Both the position numbers and the translations under genes were made by a program. This document shows, piece by piece, positions 63,901 to 64,000 of a DNA stretch of 64,000 bases (position 1 is the first letter of the stretch; each line of letters begins with the position of its first letter). A model generated the notes under the pieces. That model did not search any database, was not told the origin of the DNA, and was given only the letters and a program-made list of their open reading frames with translations. Source of the stretch: Phaeosaccion multiseriatum (lineage: Eukaryota; Protista; Ochrophyta, other classes); NCBI GenBank assembly GCA_965112735.1, contig OZ218956.1, positions 3,782,001 through 3,846,000 of the forward strand, written 5' to 3'.

Positions 63901-64000
63901 TCCGTGGGCAGACACAACCTCGTCCCTATCGAGGTCTACAACGACCACTTGGCTGCTGTCCTCCTCCTCCGTCAGCACCTGCTCCACCACCTTACGCAGC
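54270..64000 (-). CDS. DENND4/CRAG-like DENN-domain Rab GEF with PPR-like repeats; 5' part outside the window. Exons >64000-63257, 63060-61190, 60804-60418, 59876-58102, 57804-56559, 56055-55784, 55625-54270
   Basis: dDENN (FDKRAFL...LMQTQIFANFV...FFDHC), PPR-like PDEAAYRALMLSCG and NAITYGVY, and DENND4-type C-terminal blocks (CGYTPLDEEI..SW...CRGC; YLSP..VRERLE; PDLFWNLWW). Two frameshifts in C-runs (62656-62666, 56678-56688). Confidence 0.82.
56264..56502. repeat. 10-bp minisatellite (ATGGCAGTGT/ATGGCAGTCT/ATGGCAGTGG)n in a DENN gene intron
   Basis: About 23 tandem units. Confidence 0.93.
60024..60410. repeat. (CACT)n/(CACC)n compound microsatellite in a DENN gene intron
   Basis: Visible array; reads (GTGA/GGGT)n on the gene's strand. 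Confidence 0.92.

Noticed and set aside
1-64000. tRNA, rRNA or autonomous transposon genes; a functional gene cluster
   Set aside because: No recognisable RNA genes or transposase/RT motifs by eye, and neighbouring genes have unrelated functions.

Overview
GC-rich, intron-containing eukaryotic DNA, most likely from a photosynthetic stramenopile (ochrophyte), inferred from a bipartite ASAFAP-type plastid presequence. I can support 11 protein-coding genes on alternating strands: (1) the 3' end of a J-domain protein; (2) a ~3,400-aa KNL1/Spc105-like protein with four CX4CX11CX2H fingers and unrecognised repeats; (3) malate synthase with a PTS1-like end; (4) a Tat-targeted thylakoid-lumen protein; (5) a C3HC4 RING protein; (6) an unknown helical-repeat protein; (7) a KDM5-type JmjN/JmjC/C5HC2 demethylase; (8) a 23-exon four-domain voltage-gated channel with a non-canonical pore (about E/N/D/N) and a WD40-like tail; (9) a frameshifted P-loop ATPase; (10) an EF-hand protein; (11) a DENND4-like DENN/PPR gene that runs off the window. 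Many introns carry their own micro- or minisatellite. The strongest unexplained signal is the 11-mer GTTGGTGATAC, with at least 11 exact copies on both strands, in three reading frames of unrelated genes and in non-coding DNA. Exon models were derived by eye from GT-AG sites and phase. No database searches were run.
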